Source: Styela clava
Lineage: Eukaryota
Length of the DNA: 64,000 nt
Direction: 5' to 3'
Assembly: GCF_964204865.1 (NCBI RefSeq)
Contig: NC_135258.1
Coordinates: forward strand, 10,850,001 to 10,914,000
The notes below the pieces were generated by a model. The model did no database searches. It saw only the letters and a list, made by a program, of their open reading frames with translations, and had not been told where the DNA came from. Position numbers and translations under genes: made by a program. Of this stretch, positions 35,747-49,781 are shown in pieces; position 1 is the stretch's first letter, and each line of letters opens with the position of its first letter.

Positions 35747-37011
35747 TTCTAAATTGTTGGGAAGAAGTCCCAAAATGCCACGTAAGCTAAAACTCACTGG
35801 CGGTTAGTTGATGACAAGCAGAGTTATCCACTTTTGATGACTCTGGTTACTTTAAGTCTTTGATAATTGGTCACTTGAGCCTCCCTCCCCAACATTGGTG
35901 TCAAAATTTACGAGATCTTGCTTCGTGGTTGACACTATATATACATACACCTTTGTAAAATAGCAATCAAAGGACTGTGCACAAAATTAATGCTCACAAT
36001 ATATCATGCATACTTCAATACTTTATATGAAATGGTAGATTTTCAGCATAATCGCAGATAATGACTTGATCGCTATTCGAGAGTTTTTGACAACTCAACA
36101 ACCTTTGTACGTTTAACAACTATTAAAAAAGATGAAACTCAATGTAAAAAATAACAAACGAAATTGCCTTTGCAACAAGTTTGTAACCATATGAACATTT
36201 CTCCAATCAAATGAGTTTTTTCATCCATGAATCAAACCATGCAACACAACAAAAAACGTATTTGGTAGATGAATATATCATATGTCAAATAAGTTTTGTA
36301 CTTTATAGACCACTGATTTAATATTCCAATAAATCACTTTCAAAAATAAAAAAAACTTTATATTATGAAAAATGTACAATTAAGTAGACTTGAATAAGTA
36401 AAAGATAAAGGTTAAAACAGAATTAAATACAACATGCCATGGCAATAATTTTTGTCCTGTTGGCTCTGAAGGGGACTTTAACAGCAGCCACTCAGACATA
36501 TAGAGCTAGTAAATTACAAACGACACAGATTGCCAAATTTATCACAGGAGTGACAAAATTGCTAACTGGAATCATCACAAAATTTTGAATCGTAAATCTG
36601 AGAAAATTGACAGTAAAATTTCACTCCATTTAAAAAAAGGTTTTCAAATTCATTATTCAATACCCTCAACCGACTGCATTATCAGCCTTGATTTATCCAA
36701 AAATGAAAATAAATCGTAACTTTTTATAAAAATTATTCAATTCGATTATGTGGTGTTGTTCAACAATATATATACTCATTGTACAAACTGGCATATATGA
36801 CATCACCGTACATTCTTTCCAAAAAATTGAAATACGAATTATAGAATTTCACAATTCAACAAGTTTGTACTTTCACTTTCAGTAAAGCAGAAATAGGTAT
36901 AAAACATTTCTTAAATTATAAAGAACTGCATATACAACTTAATTTATATTCGACTTTGCAAATTAGAGTGCAATTTTCATTTTTTTTTTCTTTTCGCTTT
37001 TCGAAACACCA

Positions 37012-40000
37012 TCATGAATCGATTGCGCAAGACATTCCTAATAAAGCTCCGACAGCCCCAAAATATCCTTCATGTTCAAGAAAAAGTGCTTTCAAGGATC
37101 CGCCCGACCAGTAGTCCATAGCATATGCAAGAAGTTTCATAGATATTGGATTGACTCTCAAAAAGTTTCCAACAAACACAGCTCTGTCAATATTCTAGAA
37201 AAGCAAGTTAAAACAATTATATCTTTAGTATGGATGGCCAACTGTATAAGTTATATATAGCTATGAAACAGATTCAAATAATGTCTTTTGAGTGGATTTA
37301 ATTATTAATTCAATTCCTAATTTTACCCCATTTTCTTATATCTTCGTTAGCTTGCTTGATGTCAAGTTTTTAAGTTTGAAAACTTATTATATTTAAAAAA
37401 ATGGTGAAATATAAAATGAAAGAATTGCCACCATATTGAAATTTTCACTAATTACATGATATGGTGAAATCTTGAATGGTATTTGCTCAATCTGTCTTTC
37501 ATAAATTGAAAATGTGCACTCACCTCACGAGCAGCACAATTCATTACAATGCTTCCAATATTGTTTGTTATGGTGACAAGTGTTGCTTTAGCTAAATCTT
37601 CTTTTGTTGTTGCATTACGGAGTTCTTTTTGATTCATTTTACCAAAACTGAAACAAACATAAAATAATACTTTCAAAACGGTGAATTGAACGTTTAATTC
37701 ATAATGTTTATGTACCCAAGAATCAAACGGCTGCAAAAGAGAAGACCGATAGCCCATCTGTAAGAAGCCTTTCAAACTACAATTGAAAACACCATTTATC
37801 ATATTGCAATTCACCAGGGGGTCACAAGCAAAGTCCTTCGCTATGTACCTCACATATAAGCCTACCTCAAGCGACCATGTGTATGGCAACTAATCACAGA
37901 CTGCTAAATTTATACACGTTAACGAATGGACATTACTAAAAATATTTAGGAGTAGAGTAGAGTAGTAGCCATTAAAAGAACAAGTCAACTCTTACCTGGA
38001 TGCCACTGTGTCGCCAGACAAATTGAATTTTTTATAATCCCCTCCGTAGATATCACGAACTAACTTGTCAACTTTAGTACTGTCCCCATGTGTTGCAAGT
38101 TCGATTGCTTCTTCAAATGTCTCACAACCAGTCAATAAACAACATAGCCCAAGGAATGTTCCTCCTCCTAAACTGGTCCCTGAGAAGTAGGCAATAATGA
38201 AAAAGTATTCAAAATGGATACAATTTCCGGTGCTTCAGAAGTGTACGTACCAATATGGAGGTAACTAATTTTGTTCGCAAATTTTACATCAAGTTGTGTA
38301 AAGGGACTGAAGCCTATGGGCAGGGGGTATATTCACTTGGCTAACACAGACAGTCCCCAAACTCGTAATAGAACTAAAATAAGGTAAATCGGAATAAAAT
38401 TATGGCCTAACCTTAACCTGGTACACACACTACAGGAGTACCCAAATTCCATTAGCAAAATAGGGATAGGATAAAGATAGATGAGAATAGATAATGATAG
38501 GTGCCTATTCAACAGTTTAATGACGGAAATAAACTTTTTTACATCTTTAAAATAAATAATGTAATGAAATAATTCAGATATCACAGCGATAAATAAATAA
38601 AATATAGGTATTTGCTCCGTAAAAAGCATTTGTCATTATGACATAACAAGTTTTTTTACAATTTCTAAAGCCTGTACCATACATATTCAGATATTAAAAT
38701 ACTCTCACTGATAGAGATTTATTTGAAGTCAAATAATAAAATCCTTTTAACCCTGCTACCTGTCAAATATAAAAAATTTTAACAAAGGATTTCATTGATT
38801 AGACAGTAACAATGGGGAACAGTCGTTAATTTTAACAACTTGAATTCAAACACGCCTCCATTTTCATGATTATAAAAGTAATTTCATTGGTTGCTATAAA
38901 AACATTACACTTGTGATAGTCAACGACACTGACACGCCTACACGCCCACAAAAATTTTCCCAGTATATACCTATACTAGTTTATTTTGTACTAAATATGA
39001 TGGTATCCTGATATGTGATTGTGTTGTGAGACTAATCTAAAATAAAATTACGTTTAATTTTCAATTATATCTCAAAACAGATCAAACAACAATGACCACT
39101 TCAAAAATGATATAGAACACTCGATAGTAAAACACTTCAATTACAAAACTTTGTAAGTGTTGTGCACTTTTACTCTATAAAAAGCCTATAATGAGAAGTC
39201 ACTTGTGTGTGGAAAAATCGTAACTTCGTAAGAGTGAATAAGAGTTTTGGTATAAGCTAATACGTATTCTTGTCTCGATCAAATTTTGTTATGAAGTTAC
39301 TCCTTAATATATCTTCACCAGGTTTGATTTATTTTAATCAGTTTTGGTGTTTTTTTTACTTCATTTGATACACCTTCAGTTGCGAGAAGTACATCAAAGT
39401 TCTTTAACCAAATTTACTAGATATAGGATCTTCAAAAATACCTTAGCACGCACAATACAATTTCCGCAAACGATAGAATAAACTTGAAACACAGTGAAAA
39501 TTAAGTAATCAACTGAATTTTTTTTTTGTTTCCAAAATTCTTCATCACAATACCTGAAACCCTTTTGCATTCTTGTTGTGAATATACCGCCATTATGCTC
39601 ACACCCGATCCAATATTGCAGACGAGGTAAGGATAAGGATTTCGGAAATTGTATGGTTCTTTTTTCAGTCCGCCAGGGTCTAGGGGTTGTGCAAGAGAAA
39701 AACATTCAGATCTTCCATTGACTTCTGTATTGTGGTCGATAAAATGAATTCCTGTCGAAAACAGTAAAATAGTTACTTATTAACAAAGTATTTACAGTTG
39801 TATTTAAAGAGCAATTAATTCTGATATCCCAATCTAGAGTAACTATGAACCATTGAAGTTGCATAAAAGCAAATTTATTTATTTAGCACAAATATAACCG
39901 ACGGTTATCCACAAATCATTTATGACATTAAACTAATATGCATTATGAAAAAACACAGTAAAAACATGCCACAACAGCAAAAAATATTAGTTAGTCATTC

Positions 40001-42692
40001 ACTATTTATTAAGGGCTTGAAAAAATTTTGAAAATATCTAAATGATATTTGAATTTTTGCTTAGTTACAGTATTTTCTTAAAATTTTGGCCCTTTGGCAA
40101 AATAACAATGTCAAATACTTGAAAAATTTGACATATCTTGTGAATTCACATCGTATTTTAGTATGTTATTTATTGAACTTATTAATATTATGAAATTCAA
40201 ATTTGAAAGCTGAATTCCATGATATGAAATCAACAAACTCCTATGTATTGAATTTGACTAAAATGAATAATACGACAATATTAAATTTTACCACGAATGA
40301 AAGAATCCTCACAATGCAACATTGAACTTGTTTATAAAAGCTTTCGAGGCTTATTAAAACAAACAAAAATCATCTCATAAGGATTGACTTGCAGTATACA
40401 TCCTGATCGATCAGAACAAAAACATAAGAGACAGATGTACAGGCACGGAACTCTTTTCTTGGAGCATAACACATATTAAGGCTCTTAATCAATACTTGAA
40501 ACTACATAATATTCTTAGGTGCATATAGTAAAAGATAGTACCGGTAATATAACTGGTGTCGTGCTGCAATCATAGTTGGAATGATGTATGTTCTTCATAA
40601 TTTCATTGGTATTAGTGGTATGTTGGCAAAAGTATACCTTAACTAAGGAACTCCAACTGTATATTACATACAATGGATGAAAAAAAAATCTGGCTATTCT
40701 CAATATCAAATTATAAACTGTCATACACGCAAGTGAAAACGTACTAATTAAAATTGAAATATTTCCGCAAAAAATTGAAAATATCAATTGGTATATTTGG
40801 TCACAATATGAGAACAAAATATGAGACAAAGAAGAAAGACAACAATTTACATAATATGCGAGTTTATTCCATTCTAGCAAACAAACATATCTTATTAATA
40901 AGCTATTTCAACATGATGACGTCGGTATTATTAAAATATGTCAGTTTTATCAATAAGCTATTTGCAAAAATCTAACTTCGTTAATTGAAACCATAATTGC
41001 TACCACAAAAAGTTTATAAAAATCTTGATTTTTGTCAAGTTCCATAATACACTAAGACATTCCTGCAAAACACAAATGCCCGCTTACCTCAACTGTAGCT
41101 AGGCACATAATTAAACTATCTTTGGAAATATTTAGGGGTTCTCTACAAAGTTGCAATGTGCTATCTTTACAAATTTTTAATCTTTTATTTGGTTCGTCGT
41201 TCGTGGCATATCAACATTAACTTAGATCTAGGGTGTATTTAAAGATATTTGATTATTATTAACTTCTTCAATATAGCAACTACCATATATGATGAGTAGC
41301 CATTGAAGGGTACTTGTGGAAAAATTTTCAATTGACAGACTGAAGGGCAATTTGGGGAATTTCTAGTCTAAGAGCTAGGCTCTTGTTTCGAGGAACTTTC
41401 ATGTAGGTTTCTCGTCTTTATTGAGTTGATAAAAATAGCAACGCATTAATTAAGTTTAAGAGTTGTAATTAATTTAGCCCATTGAATCATAAATTTTTGA
41501 TTGTGCTACAAGAGCTGATGCGACAACGACAAGATTAGGTTACAAGAATCACATTCATTTTATTTTAGAGTGTGTTCAACATAATGTGTAATATGTCACC
41601 AAAATAGAATAAAATATAAATACTTGAAAGAGATGAGAAAAAAATTTAAAATCAAACCTCGTTAAAACTACCAGAATTAGTAAACAAAAAAAATTTTAAT
41701 TACCCTTTATCAGACATTGAAATTCGTCCAACTTGTTGAGTCTTAGATTAATCTCCTTCAAAAATTTTTCTTCAAATTTATAAGCTCCTCCTCCAGTTGC
41801 ATGACATATATTATGCATGGTTGAAAATTCTTTCTCTTTGACCATTCGAATAAAACTATCCATCCTGTGTGTTGGAAATCGAAGAAAGTGCATGTTGCCA
41901 ACATAACCGTTGAATTTCAATCCCTGAAAAAGATCAAACTGTTAGAGAACCAGGGACATTGTTTGATTATTCTTCCATGGTAAAAGTAAAACTATAAACA
42001 GGGGGCACAAAATCAATGGAAAATTTAAAAAAGTACGGTAGTAAACATTTTTGATTTTAAAAAAACTTAAAATATTTTTAAATTTAAATTTAACCTCTGC
42101 CGTTCACATAACAAATAAACTGAGTTTTACCTCGTGCTGTAAAAAAGACTATTACGGTAATAATCAAAACAATGTTTATCTCAAACATTCTACAAATTCA
42201 ATTCCTATTAATTCACAATAGCTTGTTATTAATGGTGACATCTCAAGATTGCGCTTCCTTTTAGTTCATTGCGCACTGACGGTTTGCCAATTTGTATCAA
42301 TATGAATACCAAGATTGTCTCGTAAATGAGGGGTTTGCACTGACTGTTATTATTGATGTCTTTTAACCTAGGGGCTATCCTTGAAACCGGAGAACTGTGT
42401 TGATTTTATAACTTAAATGATTTTTTATACAGCTATATTAACAAAGCAACAAAAAACCATGAACCTTGATTTCTAAATGAGCATCCCGCACTCCAGTTTG
42501 TCCATACGCAATACTCGATAACAAGGTTTCACGAATTACTTTCAAAGATTCTTCTTCATCTCGTACTTCTTGTTTCGTCATTGAAGTTGGTTCAAAATAA
42601 ACGAGTTTAACCAGAGTACCTCCTATATCAATCCCATACCAAGGAAATGGTTGACGTCCTTGTGGTGAATTTGTGGCATCGCTTGTAGCCAT
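37012..42692 (-). CDS. PANK: Type II pantothenate kinase (PANK1/2/3 family), 6 exons
   Basis: Exons 42692-42465, 41923-41704, 39751-39554, 38179-37996, 37647-37524, 37194-37012. Motifs [75 protein letters not shown]. Confidence 0.95.
38229..38442. mobile_element. GG-terminal MITE (family A, asymmetric form)
   Basis: GGTGCTTCAGAAGTG ... CACTACAGGAGTACC. TSD caatttcc / caaattcc (7/8). Contains ggcctaaccttaacc. Colinear with 52906-53097 in reverse. Confidence 0.8.
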
Positions 42693-43904
42693 TTTTATAT
42701 AAATAATATAAAATACTAAGGAATAAATAGCAATGTTAAGCAACTTCAAGACCTTATAGATACCTCTATTCTATGTTCGACTCTTTTTTCTCAGTATGAT
42801 TTAATGTTAGACTCCGTCTTAGGCTGTTAGGTGATGCTGTTCGATAACCATCACTGGTTCATTGCGTCTCATTTCACACTGAAATGCATTTCTCTTATCT
42901 TCTTAATTATGTTTGTACAATGTGTGCTTTCGGCATGTGATAAAATAAACTACTGACCTCAGCCGCTGTAAGTTGTGCATCATTCAACATATCAAGGGGT
43001 GATACAGTGATACCGTACCTTATTAATGCCAATATCCAAATTTAGTACATGCATTCATAGCATCACAGACAGGGCGAATGCTGCAATATCAATCAAGCCA
43101 GCCTACTTTGATACTAAATTTTATATAGCCTAGTTATAGTTTTAATTGGACATTTCATAGGCTACATTCAGAACCACATTCAATTTGATCTAAATTTAAG
43201 AGGGACAAATTCCACACCACCAAAGTATTCATTGCATTTTCATTATTCGAAGCCCTCTAATAACATTGGTTACCGTACTAACAATACAGCAATTTAAATC
43301 CACGATCAAATTGAATAGATCATTTTATATGTTAGTACCCGGTACTACCGTACACAGTACACACAAGTCACACAATCTCGGAGCGATAAAAATAATACAA
43401 AAATGCAAGATCGTTTAAAAATCAACGTATTCTGAAATAATAAATATGCCCAGTCTTTCAATGGCAATGCAGTAATAATGCAATTTCCATTAGTAACATT
43501 AACGAAAGAACGCGATACCGGCGTTGTCGAACGCGAATTGAATGGTGATTTTGTTTTGGTTGGATTTTGGGAAACGCGGTCCGCGCTTTGCTTGCGCATC
43601 ATGACTCATGAGGTACGAATTATTGCTCTCTGTCGGAAGCTAGAGGCTGTTTGAAATGATGCATATGGCTAATTTTCGTACTTTAATCTGTGTGACAAAA
43701 TTACCCAAGAAACATTTTAATTACCACACTTTACTGTAATTCGATTTAATTGTATATGTCTTTTATAAATATTGTGAAATTTTAATTTTATACCCTGTCT
43801 AAATAACCACTGGGGCATATCGGTGACTGCAAACAGTGAAAGTCACGCTGGTCTGGCAGGTGCTCCGGTTTAGAAGTTAGGGCGCTTGGATGCTGATAAA
43901 AGAA
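42693..43904. promoter_or_regulatory. Candidate bidirectional promoter between PANK and CHCHD4
   Basis: Head-to-head ATGs about 1.2 kb apart. CpG-rich patch ~43500-43620 with TGCGCAT and AP-1-type ATGACTCAT (43601-43609). Confidence 0.45.
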
Positions 43905-44914
43905 ATGTCCTACTGCCGTAAAGAAGGTTAGTTTCAGTTATTTCATCTAAAAGCTATTCTCACTCGCATGGAATATGACTATAAAATGTTTTGTTTGTTC
44001 AGGGAAAGACATAATAATATTCGCGACAGAGGACGATTTGTCCAGTCCCAGTACGGTCACACTTCTCCCGGATAATCCCAGCGATGTAGATACCAGCCAT
44101 GAAGGTTAGCAATGCCTTTTTTATTATTTGAATGCTCGAATATACGAGTATAGGTCGTAAATCAAATGTTATAAGCAATTTATCCATGGGATTTGAGCTT
44201 GACGCATATTAATTACATTATTTCTATAAGATTCAAACGGTGGATACCCCTACTGCCCTATACTTAAAATTTGTACCCGTCTCAAACCACATTATTAATG
44301 TCCTCATCAAGTAGTGGCTATATTTTTCATGTTTAATTTTCTTGATATTGCATATGACTTGATTGAAGAATTGTTACGAATGCATATCTTTTTGACTTTA
44401 CAATTCCTGTACTTATTTCTGGCTGCCTAATATCAAGGCCACACACCATGATTTTCCATATAGTTTCGTCGTATTTCATTTGCCTTGTGGTATGGGTATG
44501 AAATCGTATTGTAAAATTATTGACAATATTTCATTATTCCTAGGCGCAATACTTCCGAATGGAGATATAAACTGGGATTGTCCATGTCTTGGAAATCTAC
44601 CAAATGGACCTTGTGGCCCCTCATTTCGTGAAGCTTTCACATGTTGGGTGGAAAATCGAGACGACCAAGATTCTTTTGCGGAAAAATGTTTTGATAACTT
44701 TTCTAAATGGGAAGATTGTTTATCAGAAAATAGAGACATTTATAAACCATCATCTTCAAAGCAAAATGACAATGACGATAATTTAAATATTGAAGCTAAT
44801 GCTTTAAATGAGACTGAAATTGAGAACTCAAATGGTTCAGAAACGGTTAATATGAAGACCGAAAACAGACCTGCTATTGCTGCTGCATATATCGGAGATT
44901 CTAAAGAAAAATGA
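43905..44914 (+). CDS. CHCHD4: Mitochondrial intermembrane-space oxidoreductase MIA40, 3 exons
   Basis: Exons 43905-43926 (MSYCRKE), 44003-44104 (GKDIIIFATEDD...) and 44544-44914. GAILPNGDINWDCPCLG plus twin CX9C (CGPSFREAFTC, CFDNFSKWEDC). Confidence 0.95.
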
Positions 44915-45626
44915 GTTTGTTTGCGAGGTTCTGTATTAAGACAAGTTTGATTGGTATTTTCTGGAATACTTTGTTACATTTTTTTACACGATTCCACAAG
45001 TGAGTGAATGCTTTCAAAGTGCAGTTTCCCCACTAAGGGCTGTTCTTATCTATTATTAAACATAACTGAATTGTGGCCGCTGGGTCCTAAGTGCTTTTCA
45101 GCGGTACTCTCACATGAACAAATGCTAGTCCAATCTTTTGCGACTACGGCTTTCTAACAAAATAATAAAGTCTCATTACCCAGTTGAAAGAAAATTATAT
45201 ATTTGAAAAACAACAAATTTTTAAGTGCTTAATTCTAGCCTAAAAACACCATGCGAAAAAATGATAAATAGAGTAGCATTAAAAGCAAGCAGCCTGGACT
45301 AGTAATTAATTATATAAGGTGTGCACTTAAGTGTTTATTTTGTGATTGGGGGGGGGGGGGGAGCATTTTATACTTCCCAGGCCGCTAGATGAAGGCAAAA
45401 AATTACTTTAAAACCAGATGCTTGCAATAGAGATAGTTATTACTAATAGGTAACACTGCTCGCTCCACTGTGGATTTTTAAAAATAAATATTCTTTATTA
45501 GGGAAGAATGAATTTTTTTGAGGTATTTCCGATACCACAACATCGATAGCAACATTTTATCTGTCCAAAACCAGCAATGATGAATCAGTTCAATGACTCA
45601 ACCATGTACAGCACACTTTATCTTGA

Positions 45627-48600
45627 TCATGCTCCTACTGGGTAAGGCAACTGACTGGTCAAGCTTCTGTTCACACCAAGCTCAATAAGTTTTTTGTGAG
45701 GTAATTTTTTTAGTTGGGGGAAAGAATTGAGCAACTTTTGCCAACATAATGTTTGAAGACTTGGTAGTCTCAACCACATTCTATAACAACTTGCAGTTCG
45801 AATGTTTGGTTCAATGCAAGAAACACCACCAAATATATACATGCGTCCATCCTAGAATTGAGGAAAATATGAAAAAATTAACTTGAGTTTTACCCAAGGC
45901 TGTAAAGAATCACAGCCTCATTGTTGGGCCTTGACTTTTTTTGGTATGGTCACTACCGTGAAATATAAAAATTGTGCAGACTTTCAAATCAATATTATAA
46001 ACTGAACTAATATGATAAGCTGAGTCTGATAAGTTTTATTATTTGCATTCAGCACTACAAAATCATAAATGTGATAGAAAAAGTAGCTGTTTAGCAGCTA
46101 GAGCCACTAAAATTTCTGGTAGCACCTGGCTCCAGCTCTTTAGTCTTGATTTTACTTGTATTATTCGTCTTACCTCCCATCACAAAATCTAGCTTTACAT
46201 ACATACCGGAGTCACAGTTGCAGAATGGAAATAAACTGGCTCTATCATATCAGTTATTTTTGTCCATTGCATAGTTCGTAAATTGATTTTCCAAACATCT
46301 CCAGTAATACGGATACCATCATATCCACCACTTATTACGGCTTCATCTTGCAATTGCACACAACCATGGCAACGTCTGGGTGCAGGATAACCTGTAACAA
46401 ACAATTAATACTAATTAGCAAAAGTAATACTTTCCCACAGCTTATTTGATATTCCATAACTAGCATGACGGGCGATTATATAATTGATTATAGAATCAGG
46501 AGAGCAAACAAAACTTCAAATAGGGTTTAAGGGTACAGAATTCAAATTTGTGTTGCCAAAAGAAGTACATGTACACTCACCTAATAATATCAAATTGGCA
46601 GAGATATATTAAAATTTATAAAAAAAATGCGAGAAACTTGAGATAAATACCTGGTAAAAAAAACTAGAAAAATAAATAAAGATTAGGTACTTGCCACACC
46701 ATATAATAATACCATTACCATGCATAATGATTTTGTAACAGTCCCAAATTGAATACTGAATTAGTAAACAGTAAAGAAAAATATTTATTAAAACAAAGAA
46801 GATCAATCTTTACCAATTGTAATATGATGTATTCCAGAAATGAACCTTGGAATATATTGGATAAATGCATTCCATTATCAACCAGCGGTATTATCTGATA
46901 AAAAAAAATTGATATACCCCGTTGTTTGAAAAGTTGAATTACTTACCAGGGTTTTGTAAAGTATCTGGTTTTGTGACACGACATGTCCACCGTGTTGTTT
47001 TAAAATTGAAAGAATGCAATATTCTTAGATTATTGACAGAATTTGATGTTCCCCCGCCCAGGATAATAAGATTGTCTTGAAATAATGCAATTTCATGTCT
47101 GTACCTGCAAAAATAAAATCTCACAATATATCTATAGGCTTATCATAAATTTCAGAACTTTGTCAAAGTGAACAGCGCCCATACTTTTCCAGTGATTAAT
47201 AGAGTTAGTTAGCTTTACGACTCTGATGAAAGACTTGTACCATTTGAACAAATAAATTAAATCTGGGGTCACAAGGCCTCCCAGTAAAATATTTTTCAAC
47301 ACCAACTTATGTTAATAACAATCAAATTTGGAACCAGTAGCAATTATTTATACCAATTGTAACTATATTATCATTGAATTGAAGTAAAATCAATAGTAAT
47401 TAAACAACCTTTCAGCTGGCATTTCAGAAAACACGTTATTTGGTATGATTCTGTTCCATTTTAATGTCTTCAAGTTTAATTTGTGTAGATCAGTATTATA
47501 AAAATATCCAGATGTTCCTCCATGAACAATTAACTTTCTTTTGTAAAGTGTCATCGCCTGAATGAAGGTAAAGAAGGAGTTTTTATAATCATTAAAAAGG
47601 AATGTAGTCTGGCTACAATAAATTTGGTAGGCTATGCCAAACCAGGAAAAATAAAGTAGCTCTTTGAAAGACATCATATATCAAAGGTGTATAAAAAAGC
47701 AACCCAGGCCAAGCAAAAGAGACTTGGTCAGGACGAGCACAAAGATTAGAAGCATAATTGTTAATTCATAATTGACAAAATAAAGAGATGTATATATATC
47801 CATGATCGAGATCCTGAGGGGCCGTACATGAGCCCATGTGAAAAGTGATTGTATCAATATTTTATATGCAGCGACAATATCATTTTGTTTTGCGACTGCA
47901 TATTTCAACAAACATTCAGAGAAATATTAAATCTGAATCCAAGTTTTTTATGAATAGCCTTTTAATAAATGAATATTTATATACCGGTACTTGAAATCAC
48001 TATCAATTTCCAATATGTATCAATTTGTCTTATGCTCACCTGTCCATACTTTTCATCAGGTAGATTTCCATCACATTTTAGTTCTCTCCAAACACCTGAT
48101 CGCAAGTTACATACACTCAATTTATTGCTACTATTTATTCCAAATGGATATCCGGTTCCACCAAATACAAGCATGTGACTGTTATCGATGATGGCTTTAG
48201 AAAAATAGAAATAAACACGAAAATCAGTATGTATTGTACTAAATATAATTTGAAAGCATATCTAAGAAAAAGAAAAAATATTCAAAATAGCATTAGTACG
48301 ATTTTTCTGGACCAAGGATGAATATGTAATAACACCAAAGAAAATATTCATAGTTCATTAGACCTGTGATTAATGAACTAACAGAAACAGAGTCTTCAAT
48401 TACTCTCACATAAGAACAAATACAAACACTATCAGGGTTGGGCCCCAAGTACCTAAATCCCAAGTCACAAAACATCAGAGTCATGAATCAAGTTGAGTCA
48501 CAAATCATGAAAAATTTCAATAACAGTGAGATGGACATTCATATTGAAAATAGTAATTTCTATATATTTTTCGAAAAGCAGGAGTTATTTATGCATTGTC

Positions 48601-49781
48601 ATCAACACAATGCAGCTATTTCAGGTCAATGTTACACAAGCTAGTAAGTTTTTGATTCGAAAAATAAGCCATTTTCGTGGGGACTCAAGTCATTATATTT
48701 GATGCTTAGTTAAAAGGTGAAGCTGGTCAGTCGAAAACTTTACCCAATAAATGGTATCCAAATCACTGTACTGTACCCAGGTTCAGAGATACAGATCTAA
48801 AATAAGTGATCAGTTCAAGATTCCAAAGAATAAAATGTTGTGAGACTATACTTGAATGCGACGCAAGTTCCCCTGGCATGTCTCCTTCGCACTGCATTAA
48901 ATTCCATTGTCCTGTTGCAATATTCAACCTCCAAATTTCCCTGAATATAATGGATAACAATACAGCAGTAAGATAACGACAGATTGCAATCGAAATTTGT
49001 CGAGCTTGTAAGAAAACAATCAAATAGTGAATTACCTGAAAAGCGGTGTATTGACATTCCCGGGGTTGTACCCCCCAAGAACCCACATGTGGGTTTCGTT
49101 AGCGACAGCTCTGTGACCACTTCGTGCAGAGGGTGAATCTACAAAACAACATAATGCTTATTTCTATTTGGAATTTTGAAATACACCAACAAAAACCTGA
49201 AAATATCCATTGATTCCGCATGTTTGGTGTAGTTTCATACCTCAAGTATCGGTACTTTTAGTGGGCGTAGCAAAACAATTTTTGCTTATGTCACTCCCAA
49301 GCCTCACCTGACTGCGTTCACCCAAAATCGTGCTTGCTATTTCTTTCATTTTCTTGTCGTAACAATCACGATATGAGAGAGATCGCTGCCATTAGTGAGT
49401 TCATTATCGTCGGCACAGATGCCATTTCGGCCGATCATAGGTAGGCAAGCTCAATGACGAGATTGTGACATCATGATAACATAATTTTTGGATGGCGTAC
49501 GTAGTCAGGTCAGGTGGAGGTTAGGATTGACATGACCCGATTGTCAGTTTGTGCTTTTGCTATTTTTGCAAAATATAGTCTACAATACATACTACAGTAC
49601 CGGTACTGACATATGAATTTGACAACGCTGTTAAATCATCAAAAGCAAACACAGTTCATCAGTTAAACAAAATCACCAGTAACTTTAGAACTTAACAATT
49701 TAATATCTCACCTTGGCCTGTTGAAGGATTCAACCTTATCAATTTATTGACGCCAACAATGGTGTCATCTTTGCAATCCAT
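45627..49781 (-). CDS. KLHDC10: Kelch domain-containing protein 10 (CRL2 substrate receptor), 8 exons
   Basis: Exons ~49781-49712, 49138-49036, 48941-48853, 48194-48040, 47557-47409, 47104-46948, 46391-46207, 45851-45627. Motifs PSARSGHR, LGGYNP...PLFREIW, VFGGTGYPFG, RYRHEIA, PAPRRCHGCVQ, EPVYFHSA and BC-box-like PSLQTLCW. Confidence 0.92.
49268..49562. mobile_element. Degenerate fold-back/MITE in KLHDC10 intron 1
   Basis: tagcaaaa...atgtcactcccaagcctcacctgactgcgt...ccaaaat pairs imperfectly with atttttgg...cgtagtcaggt...aggattgacat...ttttgcta. Confidence 0.4.

Noticed and set aside
40515-40975. Nested gene in PANK intron 2
   Set aside because: Low-complexity AT-rich ORFs on both strands with no recognisable motifs.
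37195-42464. miR-103/107 hairpin, which vertebrates carry in PANK introns
   Set aside because: No AGCAGCATTG match seen on the minus strand in the introns. GATAGCCC near 37748 lacks the seed.
15540-44914. Functional mitochondrial cluster (IBA57, PANK, CHCHD4)
   Set aside because: Interspersed with unrelated housekeeping genes on mixed strands, so chance is sufficient without synteny data.
45348-45361. Poly-G run (also ~60042-60054) as a G-quadruplex element
   Set aside because: Simple homopolymers with no further support and unreliable length.
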